The position numbers were made by a program, and so were the translations under genes. A stretch of DNA of 19,745 nt. Origin: Myxococcota bacterium (GTDB lineage: Bacteria; Myxococcota; JACRCW01). The DNA is taken from contig JBFMGU010000200.1 in the NCBI GenBank assembly GCA_040752415.1, positions 1 to 19,745 on the forward strand. Direction: 5' to 3'. The notes beneath the pieces were generated by a model. It ran no database searches and was not told the DNA's origin. It was given only the letters and a program-made list of their open reading frames with translations. Below, piece after piece: positions 18,453 to 19,745 of the stretch; position 1 is the first letter of the stretch, and each line of letters starts with the position of its first letter.

Positions 18453-18664
18453 TCGCTCTCGTCGGACAGTGCGGCGGAGCACGCGGAACCGGCGGTGGTG
18501 CCGCGGAGGTCCCGGGCGTCGTGGCACGCGGCGGTGTCCCAACAGGCGCGGCCGGTGCCTTCACCGGGGCCGCACACCTTGTCGACGAGATCCCGACACG
18601 GGTCCCCACACGCGCCCAGCCCCGCGGAGATCAGCAACGTGGCGAGGAGTCCCCCCGCACGCAT
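18350..18664 (-). CDS. Small Cys-rich lipoprotein, hypothetical
   Basis: [19 protein letters not shown] lipobox; ATG overlaps the nuoI stop (TGATG); many Cys; 3' end overlaps the methyltransferase gene. Confidence 0.65.
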   Translation of the reverse strand: MRAGGLLATLLISAGLGACGDPCRDLVDKVCGPGEGTGRACWDTAACHDARDLRGTTAGSACSAALSDESDYPRCHSCPAPAGESASPLDNPPWESSVCDSAAR

Positions 18665-19329
18665 CAGTGGCCGCCCTTGGCGCCGGGATCCTCGCCCGGG
18701 ACGTGGCCTTCCATGGTGCGCGCGCTGCGGGGCACTTCCCCGTCGGAGTGGGCGCCCAGCACGCGCAGCAGGTCCCAGCGGCCCAGCAGCTGATCCTCAC
18801 GCGTGGTGCTGGGGGTGGGGTGCTGGTTGCTGTCCATGCGGATGGCGTCGCACGGGCAGGCCTCCACGCACAGGCCGCAGTCCACGCAACGCATCTCATC
18901 CACCTCGAACACCTTGGGCTGTTTCTCGGTGGTGCCGTCATTGCGCGGCTCCGCCACGATGTGGATGCAATGCGCCGGGCACGCGGTGGCGCACATGTAG
19001 CAGGCCACGCAGCGGGCGGTTCCGTCGTCACGCGGGACAAGGCGGTGGATGCCGCGGAAGCGGCTGGAGTACTTCACGCGCTGCTCGGGGTACTCCACCG
19101 TCTCAATGGGCTGACCGCGCAGCAGGCGGCCCAGCGTGCGGAAGAAGTGCGCGAACGTGACGCCCACGCCCTTGCTCACCTCCGTGACGTAGGCCCGCTC
19201 CAGGAAGTTGAGGTCCTGGGCCTCCACCACCTTCACGTCCTTGGCGCCCTTCACCGGGATGGGGCTGACGTAGTGACTGGAGGAGGCGGCGGCGCCGTGA
19301 GCGCCGTGGTGGCTGCCGTGAGAACCCAT
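18664..19329 (-). CDS. nuoI: NADH-quinone oxidoreductase subunit I (2x[4Fe-4S]), stand-alone
   Basis: TVEYPEQ...RFRGIHRL; CVACYMCATACP; CVDCGLCVEACPCDAI. Confidence 0.9.
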   Translation of the reverse strand: MGSHGSHHGAHGAAASSSHYVSPIPVKGAKDVKVVEAQDLNFLERAYVTEVSKGVGVTFAHFFRTLGRLLRGQPIETVEYPEQRVKYSSRFRGIHRLVPRDDGTARCVACYMCATACPAHCIHIVAEPRNDGTTEKQPKVFEVDEMRCVDCGLCVEACPCDAIRMDSNQHPTPSTTREDQLLGRWDLLRVLGAHSDGEVPRSARTMEGHVPGEDPGAKGGH

Positions 19330-19446
19330 GGTTGTACCCGTAGGCGGTGCGTTGAAAGGCCCGTCAAGCTACCCGTCGTGGGCGACTCGAGCAAGGGTCG
19401 CGTCCAAGCCGCGGTTGCCGCACCCACGACGGAGAATCACAGCCGG

Positions 19447-19478
19447 AAAAAGAAAAAGCCCCCGATTGCTCAGGGGCT
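19447..19478 (-). terminator. Rho-independent terminator after the tRNA
   Basis: Minus strand AGCCCCTGA-GCAA-TCGGGGGCT followed by TTTTCTTTTT. Confidence 0.9.
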
Positions 19479-19480
19479 CA

Positions 19481-19555
<75 letters not shown>

Positions 19556-19574
19556 GCGGCGTTGTGGGACGCGC

Positions 19575-19603
19575 TTTCTATGAGGATCACCCCCGCGCGT
19601 CAA
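19575..19603 (-). promoter_or_regulatory. sigma70-type promoter of the tRNA
   Basis: TTGACG (19603-19598), 17 bp, TAGAAA (19580-19575). Confidence 0.75.
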
Positions 19604-19624
19604 GCATGAAGTGAAGCGAGCGGA

Positions 19625-19744
19625 TCAGCCCGGCTTCCCGTCCGGCTTGCGGGTGGAGGTGAAGACGCCGCTGTCCTCGGTGGGCTGGTTGAGGGGCGGT
19701 CGCGCGGGGCCGGTGGGGCGGGGGCCGGCCACGCTGCGGGGGTT
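19625..19744 (-). CDS. 3' end of a gene running in from beyond the window (Pro-rich tail ...NPRSVAGPRPTGPARPPLNQPTEDSGVFTSTRKPDGKPG*)
   Basis: Open frame with G/C-ending codons up to a TGA at 19627-19625. Confidence 0.55.
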   Translation of the reverse strand, partial: NPRSVAGPRPTGPARPPLNQPTEDSGVFTSTRKPDGKPG

Positions 19745-19745
19745 G

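Overview
GC-rich, gene-dense chromosomal segment that looks like Myxococcota (aglRQS-like genes, DUF4388 protein, FHA-sigma54 activator, Cys-rich lipoproteins). All family calls come from motif recognition by eye; no searches were run. In order: a 5'-truncated secreted Ig-like/TolB-like propeller protein with a CxxCH motif and four knottin-like Cys repeats; isovaleryl-CoA dehydrogenase; two tandem 'one ExbB/TolQ + two ExbD/TolR' proton-motor triplets (the first closely resembles the gliding motor AglR-AglQ-AglS) with no TonB/TolA partner nearby; a DUF4388-like protein; a Tat-exported, motif-degenerate ApbE; a DAG-kinase-family lipid kinase; an LpoA/LppC-like lipoprotein; a small exported protein; a Cys-rich lipoprotein with a Ser/Thr tandem-repeat stalk coupled to rsmE; a divergent FHA-sigma54 activator / homocysteine S-methyltransferase pair whose start codons lie inside a 12-bp inverted repeat; a small Cys-rich lipoprotein coupled to a stand-alone nuoI; tRNA-Gly(GCC) with promoter and terminator; and the 3' end of another gene. 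Most notable: the double motor operon and the anti-Shine-Dalgarno elements in its leader and spacers, which suggest RNA-level control. No mobile element or CRISPR array was seen.
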